Source: Fidelibacterota bacterium
GTDB taxonomy: Bacteria > Fidelibacterota > Fidelibacteria > Fidelibacterales > DSDE01
Length of the DNA stretch: 28,937 nucleotides
Direction of reading: 5' to 3'
NCBI GenBank assembly: GCA_046735395.1
Contig: JBJKQR010000070.1
Location: forward strand, 1-28,937
Of the stretch, positions 1-9,935 are shown one piece after another (positions within the stretch are counted from its first letter, which is position 1; the number at the start of each line of letters is the position of its first letter). Both the position numbers and the translations under genes were made by a program. The notes under the pieces are model-generated. The model was given only the letters and a program-made list of their open reading frames with translations, had not been told where the DNA came from and searched no databases.

Positions 1-141
1 TCCAATTATCCAGTATTTTTGGAGGAAATATACGAAGTTCAAATGCAAAAATATTTTTTCCTTATTTATCATTCTGTTATTTATTAGGTTATACGACATT
101 TTTTCTACAACAACCGAACACTAGTGATACGATCTGATAGA

Positions 142-957
142 TCAGCCGAGGGCTACATCCAGAATCATCATGACGGAAAACCCGGCCATGGTGGCCATGG
201 TAACCAGATCAATATTTTCATTCCGGCGCTGTGATTCGGGAATGAGTTCCTCCACGACCACAAAAATCATGGCTCCGGCCGCGAAACTGAGAGCGTAGGG
301 GAGAAGCAGCTCCATTTTCAGGACAAATGCGGCTCCGATCACGGCAGCGATGGGTTCCACGATTCCCGAGGCCTGGCCGAGAAAAAAACTGCGTCCCTTG
401 CTCATTCCCTCGCGTCTGAGCGGGAGCGAAACGGCCGTTCCCTCCGGAAAATTCTGGATTCCGATGCCGATTGCGAGGGCTGCGGCTGCCCCGAAGGATG
501 CGGAAGGAAGGCCTGCCGCCACAGCTCCGAAGGCAACACCGACGGCCAGCCCTTCCGGTATATTATGCAGCGTGATAGCCAGAACCAGCAGGGTGCTGCG
601 CTGCCAGGATGTTTTCACACCCTCGCTTTTGTCGACCTTCAGGCCCGGGTGCAGATGCGGCAGAAAGCGGTCCACCAGGCGCATGAATATTCCGCCCCCC
701 ATGAAACCGATCACTGCCGTGAGCCAGGGATTGAGGCCCAGCTGGCCGGCCAACTCGAGACCGGGCGCGAGCAGAGACCAGAAACTGGCTGCGATCATGA
801 CCCCGGCGGCAAAACCCAGCATGGAGTCCATCAGTCTGTCATTCACCTGCCGGGTCAGAAAAACCAGCGCTGCTCCTGCTGCTGTCACAGCCCAGGTGAA
901 GAGGGTGGCAAGCAGCGCCTGCATGACGGGGTTGAATTGCTGTATACTATCGGCCAT
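142..957 (-). CDS. ZIP family divalent metal (Zn/Fe/Mn) transporter, GufA/ZupT subfamily
   Basis: 271-aa polytopic membrane protein with GFAAGVM, TM4 HNIPEG, TM5 QNFPEG and a PHLHP loop; AGGAGG Shine-Dalgarno upstream on the minus strand. Confidence 0.93.
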   Translation of the reverse strand: MADSIQQFNPVMQALLATLFTWAVTAAGAALVFLTRQVNDRLMDSMLGFAAGVMIAASFWSLLAPGLELAGQLGLNPWLTAVIGFMGGGIFMRLVDRFLPHLHPGLKVDKSEGVKTSWQRSTLLVLAITLHNIPEGLAVGVAFGAVAAGLPSASFGAAAALAIGIGIQNFPEGTAVSLPLRREGMSKGRSFFLGQASGIVEPIAAVIGAAFVLKMELLLPYALSFAAGAMIFVVVEELIPESQRRNENIDLVTMATMAGFSVMMILDVALG

Positions 958-1124
958 ATTCTGTCCTCCTGATTCAAACGGTTTCGGACGCAGACGGGAG
1001 ATCGTCCCTGTAATTATAAGTAATTTCAGCAGATAATGGGAGACAAAAGCTAAATATGACCTGTAGAGCTCAAATCCATGAGTCCCGGCTTGTACCCGTC
1101 AGAGCATATCTGTAAATTAGCGCC

Positions 1125-2063
1125 ATGAAAAAAGTATTTCCTGATTTTCGGCCATTTCGTGACCCTGCAACCCTGCAAAATCTTTTCCGCGGCGATCTTC
1201 CGGATGAGGAATTGAGAAAACAGTTCTTTGCCGGATATTATTATCTCACTTCGCTGTTCATAGAGGACGGCGGCGACCGGATTCTCTGTGCCGATGCGGC
1301 GGAATCTCTCTGTGAAGGCCTTGATTCGGAATCTCTGCACGCCTTTCTGGAATTGTTATACCAGGATCTGTCTCCGCTTATGAAAACGCTGCCCGATGAC
1401 TATGTAAAGGGCGTGAATCCGCCCGATGTGGAGAGCGCATCGCTGGTGCTGCTGGAAGATGCCATCTTTGCGGGGCAGCAGGCGGAGGCCCTCCGTGAGC
1501 TGGAAAAAGCGATCATCCTGGCCGATGATACGCAGAACATTTTTGAGAAGCTGCTTGAGCTGGCGGCCATGAAGCCGGCTGCCATGCCCGTGATGGAAAG
1601 CCTTTTCAGCATGTTCCTGGAGAGTGACCATCTGCTGCGGGATCATTACCTGTATCAGGCCTGCCGCTATCTGAGCGCGGAAAAGCCCGAATTTGTTCCC
1701 CGGTCCGCTGATGCGGCCGATTTCGAAGCCTGGTTCCTGAAGGCGGATGCGGATTTCTACCCGGTTCTCATGCATCTCATGCGTGCGGCGGAGAATGCCC
1801 GGCTCTGGGGCGGGCGCATCCGGGCCATTTTGCCTCACAGCCTGCAGGATATGCCGCTGCGGAAAAATACGGCAGACGCTGAAAGCCGCCCGGCTGATCT
1901 GCCCGAACCCGCGGAACTCCTGAAACAGGATCTGAAAGAGGGACGGCTGACCCGTGACCGGATCCGTGATCTGAATACTTTTCGTTTTCTGCTTCGGTAT
2001 CTGGGAGAGTCAGAACAGATGCAGCCTTTGCTTGCACACTACGCGGAAACGCTGCAGCGATGA
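1125..2063 (+). CDS. Hypothetical protein, acidic and Leu/Ala-rich, probably all-helical
   Basis: 312-aa ORF with natural-looking composition; its stop overlaps the next start (ATGA, 2060-2063). No family recognised. Confidence 0.75.
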   Translation: MKKVFPDFRPFRDPATLQNLFRGDLPDEELRKQFFAGYYYLTSLFIEDGGDRILCADAAESLCEGLDSESLHAFLELLYQDLSPLMKTLPDDYVKGVNPPDVESASLVLLEDAIFAGQQAEALRELEKAIILADDTQNIFEKLLELAAMKPAAMPVMESLFSMFLESDHLLRDHYLYQACRYLSAEKPEFVPRSADAADFEAWFLKADADFYPVLMHLMRAAENARLWGGRIRAILPHSLQDMPLRKNTADAESRPADLPEPAELLKQDLKEGRLTRDRIRDLNTFRFLLRYLGESEQMQPLLAHYAETLQR

Positions 2064-3034
2064 CGGATATCCTGGAATTTTCTCATCCGAAACTGCCCTA
2101 CGCCCGACGCGGCTTTCGCTATAATTCATATAAATTCTACTTGGACGACCAGTTCGGCGAACGGGTTCAGCGTATCAGCCTGGAAGGGGGCTTCACCTGC
2201 CCGAACCGGGATGGAAGCCGGGGACGGGGCGGCTGCGACTATTGCAGCAACGAAAGCTTCGCACCCCGCTATGCACGCCGGAATGTTCCGCTGACGGATC
2301 AGATCGCCGCGGGAAAATCCTTTCTGGAAAAACGCTTCGGTGCGCGGCGCTTTATTGCCTATTTTCAGAGCTACAGCAATACGTATGCGGAGGCCGAATC
2401 GCTGCGCAGACTGTATAGCGAAGCCCTGAACGATCCGGAGGTGATCGGCCTGGCAGTGAGTACGAGGGTGGACTGTCTGAACCGGGAAATCCTCGATATG
2501 CTCAGCGAATTTGCGCAGCAGGGCTATGTGAATCTGGAGCTGGGCATCGAAAGTGTGTATGATCAGAGCCTGGAGCGGATGAACCGCGGCCACGGCATGG
2601 ATGAAACCTTCGCGGCCTTTGAGCTGCTGAAATCCTATTCGGGCCTGGATGTAACCGGACACATGATTCTGGGCTATCCCGGCGAGGACAGGAATATGAT
2701 GATGGCGGCAATCGGCATCCTCAATACCCTGCCGCTGACTTTTCTGAAGCTGCACCATCTTCAGATCATTGCAGGAACCCGCCTGGCCCGGGAATATGAG
2801 GCGTCGCCCTTTCCTCTGTTTGACTACGGAGAATACCTGGATTTTGTCGGCGAATATCTGTGCCGGCTGAGGCCGGGACTGATTCTGCAGCGCGTCTTCA
2901 GTGAAGCGCCGGGACGTTTTCTCATTGCCCCGGTCTGGAAACGGAATTCCCCGGAAGTGATCATGGATCTGCAGAAAAGTATGGAAGAAAAAGGACAGTA
3001 CCAGAGCCGCGACTGGAATGAAAAGGCGGAATAA
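2060..3034 (+). CDS. Radical SAM protein, YhcC/TIGR01212 family
   Basis: GFTCPNRDGSRGRGGCDYC (CX11CX2C), YFQSYSNTY, ELGIES, RMNRGH, HMILGYPGE and LKLHHLQI are typical of this family. Confidence 0.92.
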   Translation: MTDILEFSHPKLPYARRGFRYNSYKFYLDDQFGERVQRISLEGGFTCPNRDGSRGRGGCDYCSNESFAPRYARRNVPLTDQIAAGKSFLEKRFGARRFIAYFQSYSNTYAEAESLRRLYSEALNDPEVIGLAVSTRVDCLNREILDMLSEFAQQGYVNLELGIESVYDQSLERMNRGHGMDETFAAFELLKSYSGLDVTGHMILGYPGEDRNMMMAAIGILNTLPLTFLKLHHLQIIAGTRLAREYEASPFPLFDYGEYLDFVGEYLCRLRPGLILQRVFSEAPGRFLIAPVWKRNSPEVIMDLQKSMEEKGQYQSRDWNEKAE

Positions 3035-3060
3035 AGGACCTATCACCACAGGAAAGAAAT

Positions 3061-4005
3061 ATGAAAAAACTGAACGGAATCTGGGCCACAATTTATTTTA
3101 AGGGATTCGCCATCGGCAGTGCCAATGTGATCCCCGGCGTATCGGGTGGCACCATCGCGCTGCTGACCGGAATATTCGAACGGCTGATCAATGACATTAA
3201 AAGTTTAAATATTCAGAACCTGACGCTCCTGCTGCGCGGGCGCTTCCGGGACTTTGCGGCGGCCACCGATCTGAGCTTTCTGGCTGTTCTCGCTGCCGGT
3301 ATTCTGACGGCGGTCATCACCCTCGCCCGGGTTTTTGAATTTCTCTTTGTGAATTATCCCGTCTACATCTGGTCCTATTTTTTCGGCCTTATTCTCGCTT
3401 CGGTCTATTTCGTGGGAATAAAAGTGGAACGGCGACGTGTTCACGAAGGCGTGGCTCTGCTGCTGGGCATTGCCGTGGCGCTTGCCATCTCGGTGATGAA
3501 GCCCCTGGCCCAGAATACGGGAACCCTGTATCTCATCCTCTGCGGCATTGCCGGTATCTGCTCCATGATTCTGCCCGGACTTTCCGGATCCTTTGTCCTG
3601 ATCATTCTGGGAAATTATCATCTCATCATGATCGAAGCAGTGAATCATCTTCGTCTGGATGTTCTCATTCCGGTGGCCGTGGGTGCGGTTGCGGGCCTTC
3701 TGCTCTTCGCCCGGCTTCTTTCCTGGTTGCTGGCGCGCTATAACAGCCAGACCATTGCCGTACTCAGCGGATTTATTTTCGGTTCACTGGGTATTCTCTG
3801 GCCCTGGAAGAGCGCCCTGTATCTGAAGAATGCGGCGGGAGAGCTTATTCTGAAGGGCGGGGAAAAGGTGGTCACATCCTATGTGTGGCAGTGGCCGGAT
3901 ATGGGTTCGGGCCAGACCTGGTTAGCCTTTCTGATCATGCTGATCGGCGTGGTGACCATTGCCGCACTGGAACGGAGCAGCCGGAACGAAGCTCCGAATG
4001 CATAA
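3061..4005 (+). CDS. DUF368 membrane protein (PopT-like undecaprenyl-phosphate translocase)
   Basis: Two internally repeated motifs GSANVIPGVSGGTIA and CSMILPGLSGS, a C-terminal LWPWK, and many TM segments. Confidence 0.9.
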   Translation: MKKLNGIWATIYFKGFAIGSANVIPGVSGGTIALLTGIFERLINDIKSLNIQNLTLLLRGRFRDFAAATDLSFLAVLAAGILTAVITLARVFEFLFVNYPVYIWSYFFGLILASVYFVGIKVERRRVHEGVALLLGIAVALAISVMKPLAQNTGTLYLILCGIAGICSMILPGLSGSFVLIILGNYHLIMIEAVNHLRLDVLIPVAVGAVAGLLLFARLLSWLLARYNSQTIAVLSGFIFGSLGILWPWKSALYLKNAAGELILKGGEKVVTSYVWQWPDMGSGQTWLAFLIMLIGVVTIAALERSSRNEAPNA

Positions 4006-4024
4006 CAGATAATTGGAAAGAAAA

Positions 4025-6937
4025 ATGAAATCGGTATATAAAAAACTCAGACAGGAACGGATAGAGGATATTTATTCCGATGTGTATCAGCTTCTGCATA
4101 CCCGAAGCGGCGCGGAAATTCTCTTCATTCACAATGACGATACGGAGAAGGTATTCAGCATCAGTTTTCGGACGGCTCCGGAAAACAGCGGCGGGATTCC
4201 CCATATTCTGGAACATTCGGTTCTCTGCGGATCCCGTAAATTTCCGGTGAAGGAACCTTTTGTGGAACTGCTGAAGGGCAGCATGAAGACCTTTCTCAAT
4301 GCCTTCACCTTTCCCGACAAGACCATGTATCCCGTGGCCAGCACGAATCTGAAGGATTTCACGAATCTGGTTGATGTGTATCTGGATGCGGTCTTTTATC
4401 CGCTGGCCGTGGAGGATGAGGATATTTTTCGTCAGGAAGGCTGGCATTACGAATGGGAAGACGGCAGCGAGCGCCTGAAGATCAGCGGTGTCGTGTACAA
4501 TGAGATGCTGGGAGCCTTCGGCCAGCCGGAGCAGGTGCTGATGCGGCACATCAAGGAAAGCCTGCTGCCGGACACGCCCTATGCCCATGAATCCGGCGGC
4601 CATCCCGACCATATCCGGCGCCTGGAGTATGAGGAGTTCCGGGCTTTTCACAAATCCTGGTATCATCCTTCAAACTCGCGGCTGATCGTCTATGGTGATC
4701 TGGATCCGGACACTTTTCTGGACTGGCTCGACGAGAATTACCTGTCCGCCTTTGAAGCGCAGGTAATACCGGATACCATTACCCTGCAGAATCCCGGGAA
4801 TCTGAAACGGGATCATCGTTTCGAGTATCCTCTGGGAGCCGATCAGGACGAGGAGGGGAAGGCCTACTTCAGCCGGAACTGGATCGTGGACGGTCCTCAT
4901 GATTCCATGAAGGGATTTGCCCTCGAACTGCTGGGACAGATGCTGCTGGAAACGGAAGCCGCTCCCCTGAGACGCATGCTGATTTCCGAGGGAATTGCCC
5001 AGGATGTGTTTTCCAGTCACGATTCGAGCCTGCGTCAGGGACTCTTCAGTATTGTGGCAAAAAACTGCATGGATCGGGATGAGGCCCGGTTTCAGTCCCT
5101 GATCATGGACAAACTGCAGGAACTGGCTGATAAGGGAATTGACAGAAATCTGATGCAGTCCGTCATCAACAGCAATGAATTCAGTCTGCGTGAAGCGGAT
5201 TTCGGCGGCTATCCCAAGGGCCTGATCTATGCCATGAATGTGATGTCCGCCTGGAATCATGACGGAGATCCTTACGAAAAACTGAAGTTCGAGGAAAAAC
5301 TCAGCTATGTGAAAAGCGGCCTGAGCGGCAGACTTTTCGAGGATCTGATCCGTGAACAGCTTCTGGAAAATACAGCCTGGAATACGGTCACGCTTCAGCC
5401 CCGCCGGGGGCTGAGTGAAGCGAAACAGGCGCAGCTGCAGGAGGAACTGGATCAGCTGGCGGCAACCCTGTCCGAAGCTGAAAAGATCTCCATCCGGGAC
5501 AGACAGCAGGCTCTGCTGCTCAAGCAGCGGACCCCCGATTCTCCGGAGAATACGGCAAAAATTCCCCGGCTGACTCTGGCCGACATTTCACGGGAGGCGC
5601 GTCACTTCAGACTGCAGGACTGGAAAAAGGATCTGCCCATTCATGTATTTCCGGTCTTCAGCAACGGGATCTGTTATCTCCGGGCATCCTTCGTTCCGGA
5701 TGTGGCGACGGCCGAAGACATTCCCTGGTACGCGCTGCTGGCGTCGCTGCTGACGAAACTGGCCACCGACACACGGAGCTATGAAGCTCTGGACAATGAT
5801 ATCTATATTCACAGCGGCGGAATCCATTTTTCCTTCGGCACCCGGTCCGTCTGGTATGATACAGAGGATTTTCATTATACGTTCGGTTTTTACGCCAAGG
5901 CGCTGTCGTCCAGCCTGGGACAGCTCCGTGAGCTTCTGGAGGATATTCTGTTCCGGACACGCTTCGATGATGCATCGCGTCTGCAGGAACTGATCAATGA
6001 GATGCTGGCAAATATTGAGAGCTCCATTCTGGCCTCCGGCCATGCCTATGCCGAGACACGCAATGCGGCCAGCTTCAGCTCACGGGCCGCAGCCCGGGAA
6101 AAGAGTTCGGGCCTGTCCTGGTACCTCTTTCTGCGGGATCTGAAAGAAAATTTTGCCGAACAGCACGGCGGGATCGCGAAAAAGCTGGAAACGCTGTACC
6201 GGAATCTCTTTGTCCGTGAACGGGCCGAAGTGTTTCTGACCTGTGATGAACAGGATGCGGACGCGGCTGGTGAGATGATGTCCGGAATTCTCAGCCTCTG
6301 CTCTTCCGATGCATCGGAAGCGGCCTGCGTGCATCCTCTGCTGCTGCCGGCCCGGCAGGCCTTTATCCTTCCCGGTGACGTGCAGTATGTGGCCAAGGCC
6401 TTTCAGTTCCGCAATCCGCGGGAAAACTATTCCGGATCCATGCAGGTACTGAAGACCCTTCTGTCTCTCGATTATCTGTGGAACCGTATCCGGGTGCAGG
6501 GAGGAGCCTACGGCGCCTTCTGTCAGCTGGGACGCAGCGGAAATGTATCCTTCAGCACCTATCGTGATCCGCGGCTCAGGGAAAGCCTGGACGGCATCGA
6601 CGAAACCGCATACTGGATCGGAAGCCTGGAACCCGGCCCGAAAGATCTGGAACAGGTGATCATCGGAACCCTTTCCCGCTATGACCGCCCGCTGAATCCC
6701 TCAGCCATGGGCGCGGAAGCGGCCGGCCGCCATCTGCTCAGCCTGGATGATGCGGATATTGACCGGGAACGGGAGGAAATCCTCAGCACGGACGGGGCCG
6801 CGTTGCGGAACTATGCAGATCTGTTCCGGGAAGGCCTGAACACGAACAGCTACACCGTCCTCGGATCGGATGCAAAAATCCGTCAGGATTCGGATCTCTT
6901 CAGCGACATTATTTCACTGTTCGGCCGTCAGGACTGA
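4025..6937 (+). CDS. Insulinase-family Zn metallopeptidase, M16C (presequence protease PreP/HypA-like)
   Basis: Inverted zinc motif HILEH in GIPHILEHSVLCGSRKFPVKEPF, plus FLNAFTFPDKTMYP, GVVYNEM, RVQGGAYG and TYRDP. ATG 4025 preferred over TTG 4013. Confidence 0.95.
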   Translation: MKSVYKKLRQERIEDIYSDVYQLLHTRSGAEILFIHNDDTEKVFSISFRTAPENSGGIPHILEHSVLCGSRKFPVKEPFVELLKGSMKTFLNAFTFPDKTMYPVASTNLKDFTNLVDVYLDAVFYPLAVEDEDIFRQEGWHYEWEDGSERLKISGVVYNEMLGAFGQPEQVLMRHIKESLLPDTPYAHESGGHPDHIRRLEYEEFRAFHKSWYHPSNSRLIVYGDLDPDTFLDWLDENYLSAFEAQVIPDTITLQNPGNLKRDHRFEYPLGADQDEEGKAYFSRNWIVDGPHDSMKGFALELLGQMLLETEAAPLRRMLISEGIAQDVFSSHDSSLRQGLFSIVAKNCMDRDEARFQSLIMDKLQELADKGIDRNLMQSVINSNEFSLREADFGGYPKGLIYAMNVMSAWNHDGDPYEKLKFEEKLSYVKSGLSGRLFEDLIREQLLENTAWNTVTLQPRRGLSEAKQAQLQEELDQLAATLSEAEKISIRDRQQALLLKQRTPDSPENTAKIPRLTLADISREARHFRLQDWKKDLPIHVFPVFSNGICYLRASFVPDVATAEDIPWYALLASLLTKLATDTRSYEALDNDIYIHSGGIHFSFGTRSVWYDTEDFHYTFGFYAKALSSSLGQLRELLEDILFRTRFDDASRLQELINEMLANIESSILASGHAYAETRNAASFSSRAAAREKSSGLSWYLFLRDLKENFAEQHGGIAKKLETLYRNLFVRERAEVFLTCDEQDADAAGEMMSGILSLCSSDASEAACVHPLLLPARQAFILPGDVQYVAKAFQFRNPRENYSGSMQVLKTLLSLDYLWNRIRVQGGAYGAFCQLGRSGNVSFSTYRDPRLRESLDGIDETAYWIGSLEPGPKDLEQVIIGTLSRYDRPLNPSAMGAEAAGRHLLSLDDADIDREREEILSTDGAALRNYADLFREGLNTNSYTVLGSDAKIRQDSDLFSDIISLFGRQD

Positions 6938-6953
6938 ACACACCGCCGATGCA

Positions 6954-7001
6954 GAGAAGTTGAAAAGTTGAAAAGTTCAGAGGTTCGGGCGTTCGGACGT
7001 C
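6954..7001. repeat. Degenerate 8-mer tandem array (6 units)
   Basis: GAGAAGTT GAAAAGTT GAAAAGTT CAGAGGTT CGGGCGTT CGGACGTC in the convergent intergenic gap. Confidence 0.65.
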
Positions 7002-7100
7002 AAACACTTCCGAAAGACCGAAAATTCTTAATATGACACAGTTGAAGTGAGTACCGAAACGAAGTGATGCAGGGCCGGAAGCCTCCTGGCGGATTCCCGA

Positions 7101-8291
7101 TCAGTAATGTTTCTTCATATATGATGCAATAAGCGTATAGGCTTTGTCGAGCAGATTTTCATCGGGCAGGTAGACGATGCGGAAATGCTGTTCGCCGGGT
7201 TTCTGGCCGAAGCCGCTGCCGTGAACCGTTACCACACCGGTTTCCGCAATGAGACCTTTCACGAAATCCAGGTCATCGTCCTGGATGTGAAGCCGGGGGA
7301 AGGCATAGAAGGCCCCGCCGGGGGTCTTGCAGCTGATACCGGGAATGTCATTGAGCATGGCCACGGTCTTGTCACGGCGGACTTTCAGTTTCGCCATCAT
7401 GGCAGGGATATGATCCTGCGGGCCGTCAAGGGCGGCTTTGATGGAGTACTGCCCCGGATGGGACGCGGAGAGCCGCGAGCGGGCCATTTTATTCACGCCG
7501 TCCTTGTAGGCGGTGATGAGTTCGGGTGCGCCGCTGAAAATAACCCAGCCGATGCGGAATCCGGGAACGATATAACTTTTACTCAGTCCGTTGAAGGTCA
7601 CGACGGGAACATCGTCGCAGAGTGAGCCGATGGAGACGTATTCCGTATTGTCGAAGGTGAGCTTGTCATAGATTTCATCGGACAAGATGACCAGGTTATA
7701 TTTGCGGGCGAGCTCTATAAGCTCCATAAGGGTTTCTTTCGGATAGACGGCGCCGGTGGGATTATTGGGATTGATGATGACAATGCCCTTGGTCCGGTCG
7801 TTGATGCGGCTTTCGATGGCGGCGATATCCAGGTTCCAGTTGTCGTCCTCGTTCAGATAGTAGGGATTGACTTCCGCGCCCAGTTTGCCGATAATGGCCG
7901 AATACAGCGGATAGGAGGGAAAGGGGAGCAGGAGATTGTCGCCGGGGTTGAGGAGGCCGGTGATGGCCAGGTCAATGCCTTCGGACGCACCCATGGACAC
8001 GATGATTTCCTGAATATTCTTTATGCCGCTCCGTTCAGCCTGCCGCCGGATGGCATCCTGGGCTTCGGCGATTCCGTTCGAGGCGGAGTAGCCGTTGTGA
8101 TTGTCCAGCATGGCCTGATACACCGCTTCGACCATGTGGCGCGGCGGTTCAAACCCGAAAATATTGGGATCTCCAATATTGAGGTAAATCATATCGCGGC
8201 CGGTGGCCCTGGTCTTTTCAGCGATGACGACGACTTCGCGGATGGCGTATTCAATGTGTTTGATGCGTTCAGCAGGGCTGACTGGTCTCAT
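7101..8291 (-). CDS. PLP-dependent class I/II aminotransferase, alanine aminotransferase (AlaA/AlaAT-like)
   Basis: EYAIREVV, LNIGDP, INPNNPTG, SDEIYD, NGLSKSY (PLP Lys), GFRIGW and GAFYAFP. Confidence 0.85.
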   Translation of the reverse strand: MRPVSPAERIKHIEYAIREVVVIAEKTRATGRDMIYLNIGDPNIFGFEPPRHMVEAVYQAMLDNHNGYSASNGIAEAQDAIRRQAERSGIKNIQEIIVSMGASEGIDLAITGLLNPGDNLLLPFPSYPLYSAIIGKLGAEVNPYYLNEDDNWNLDIAAIESRINDRTKGIVIINPNNPTGAVYPKETLMELIELARKYNLVILSDEIYDKLTFDNTEYVSIGSLCDDVPVVTFNGLSKSYIVPGFRIGWVIFSGAPELITAYKDGVNKMARSRLSASHPGQYSIKAALDGPQDHIPAMMAKLKVRRDKTVAMLNDIPGISCKTPGGAFYAFPRLHIQDDDLDFVKGLIAETGVVTVHGSGFGQKPGEQHFRIVYLPDENLLDKAYTLIASYMKKHY

Positions 8292-8361
8292 GGTCTTTCC
8301 TCATTTTTGTTGAGATGAATTTAAGGAATTCGGGAGAGAAAAAGAAACAGGAAGAAGGGGG

Positions 8362-8395
8362 AAATAAAAAAGGGGGGAGTACAATGACTCCCCCC
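8362..8395 (-). terminator. Rho-independent terminator of trpR-trpB
   Basis: Perfect 9-bp stem GGGGGGAGT/ACTCCCCCC (8372-8380/8387-8395) with a 6-nt loop, followed on the minus strand by TTTTTTATTT; about 25 nt past the trpB stop. Confidence 0.88.
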
Positions 8396-8419
8396 AAAGA
8401 AGCTGCAGCAGGAATCCGG

Positions 8420-9643
8420 TCAGAGCGTTACGCCGTAATCGGATCCGTACTTTTCCGTGACATACTCGATATCCTTGTCGCCACGACCGGACAGATTGAC
8501 AAGAATCGTGTAGTCTTTGGGCAGCGAAGGGGCGATTTTAATGGCGTGAGCCACTGCATGTGCGCTTTCCAGCGCGGGAATGATGCCTTCCAGACGGCTG
8601 AGTTCGAAAAAGGCGTCGATGGTTTCGCCATCGGAGGCGGTAACATAATTGACGCGTTTAATATCCTTCAGGTAGCTGTGCTGAGGTCCGATGCCGGGAT
8701 AATCCAGCCCGGAGGCCACAGAATAGACAGCCAGCGGATCACCCTTGTCATCCTGCAGCAGGTAGGATTTGAATCCGTGGAGGACGCCGGGTTTTCCGAG
8801 AGTGAGGGTGGCTGCGTGCTGGCCGGGAACATTCAGATCCAGACCTGAGGGTTCCACACCGGTAATCTTTACAGAACTGTCATCGAGAAAGGCGGTGAAG
8901 AGTCCCATGGCATTGGAACCGCCGCCAACGCAGGCCATGATCTCATCGGGGAGTTTGCCCGTCATGCTGCGGAACTGTTCCTTTGCCTCGCGTCCGACGA
9001 TGGACTGAAAATCGCGGACCATCATGGGAAAGGGGTGAGGGCCCACCACGGAGCCGATGGCATAAAACTGCGTGACCGGATCACCCAGGTAGGCCATGAA
9101 TGCAGCGTCCACCGCATCCTTCAGCGTGCGGGTTCCCTGGGTCACGGTGACTACCTTGGCGCCGAGAATCTTCATACGGATGACATTGGGCTTTTCCTTG
9201 ATCGTATCGATCTCACCCATGTAAATATCGCATTCCAGGCCCACGAGAGCGGCGGCAGTGGCCAGAGCCACACCATGCTGGCCGGCTCCCGTTTCGGCGA
9301 TGAGCTTTGTTTTGCCCATTCTTTTGGCAAGCAGCGCTTCACCGAGGCAATGATTGATCTTGTGAGCGCCGGTATGATTCAGGTCTTCGCGCTTGAAATA
9401 GATCTGTGCGCCACCGAGCTTTTTGCTCAGATTCTTCGCGTGAAACACGGGAGAGGGCCGTCCCACGTATTTCTGGTACAGATCCATGAGTTCGGCCTTG
9501 AACTTCTCGTCGTCCTTGATTTGATTGTATTCTGCCGTGATTTCATCCATGATGGTCTGAAGCTGCGGAGGGATGAAGGAACCGCCGTATTCCCCGAAAT
9601 ATCCGTTTTCATCGGGAAACTGAGTCAGAGACTGTTGGGTCAT
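8420..9643 (-). CDS. trpB: Tryptophan synthase beta subunit (TrpB1 type)
   Basis: [12 protein letters not shown] (PLP Lys), [39 protein letters not shown] and [15 protein letters not shown]. Confidence 0.96.
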   Translation of the reverse strand: MTQQSLTQFPDENGYFGEYGGSFIPPQLQTIMDEITAEYNQIKDDEKFKAELMDLYQKYVGRPSPVFHAKNLSKKLGGAQIYFKREDLNHTGAHKINHCLGEALLAKRMGKTKLIAETGAGQHGVALATAAALVGLECDIYMGEIDTIKEKPNVIRMKILGAKVVTVTQGTRTLKDAVDAAFMAYLGDPVTQFYAIGSVVGPHPFPMMVRDFQSIVGREAKEQFRSMTGKLPDEIMACVGGGSNAMGLFTAFLDDSSVKITGVEPSGLDLNVPGQHAATLTLGKPGVLHGFKSYLLQDDKGDPLAVYSVASGLDYPGIGPQHSYLKDIKRVNYVTASDGETIDAFFELSRLEGIIPALESAHAVAHAIKIAPSLPKDYTILVNLSGRGDKDIEYVTEKYGSDYGVTL

Positions 9644-9659
9644 GATAAATACTCCAATT

Positions 9660-9920
9660 CTATGTGTTGCTGGTTAAAAATTTATAGCTCAATGATTTTT
9701 TATTTTTCAATATCTTTGCACCGCGGGTAATCTTGCAGAGCGAGATGTGGTGGGTGGCAGCGATGGCCCGCTGTGTGCGTCCCTCCTGAATTTCCTGCAT
9801 GAGCTGCCAGCGTAGCGCCAGGTCCTTCAGTTCCTTTTCCGTGAAAATTTCGCCGAAAAACTTCATCATCTCCTTTTCATCCCGGATGCCTGTGATGATA
9901 TGTACGAGTTCCTGAAGCAT
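9660..9920 (-). CDS. trpR: Trp repressor family protein (TrpR/YerC-YecD)
   Basis: 86 aa from ATG 9920, which has a [21 protein letters not shown]...TQRAIA...[13 protein letters not shown] aligns with the TrpR HTH (E. coli ...SQRELK...IATITRGSNSLK). Lies 16 nt upstream of trpB. Confidence 0.88.
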   Translation of the reverse strand: MLQELVHIITGIRDEKEMMKFFGEIFTEKELKDLALRWQLMQEIQEGRTQRAIAATHHISLCKITRGAKILKNKKSLSYKFLTSNT

Positions 9921-9935
9921 AAATCCCCTCATGCT

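Noticed and set aside
958..1124. Zur/Fur box or metal riboswitch upstream of the ZIP gene
   Set aside because: An AT-rich patch is present but there is no convincing palindrome or recognisable riboswitch consensus.
8315..8848. 177-aa + strand ORF
   Set aside because: Reads through the trpB terminator and antisense to trpB.
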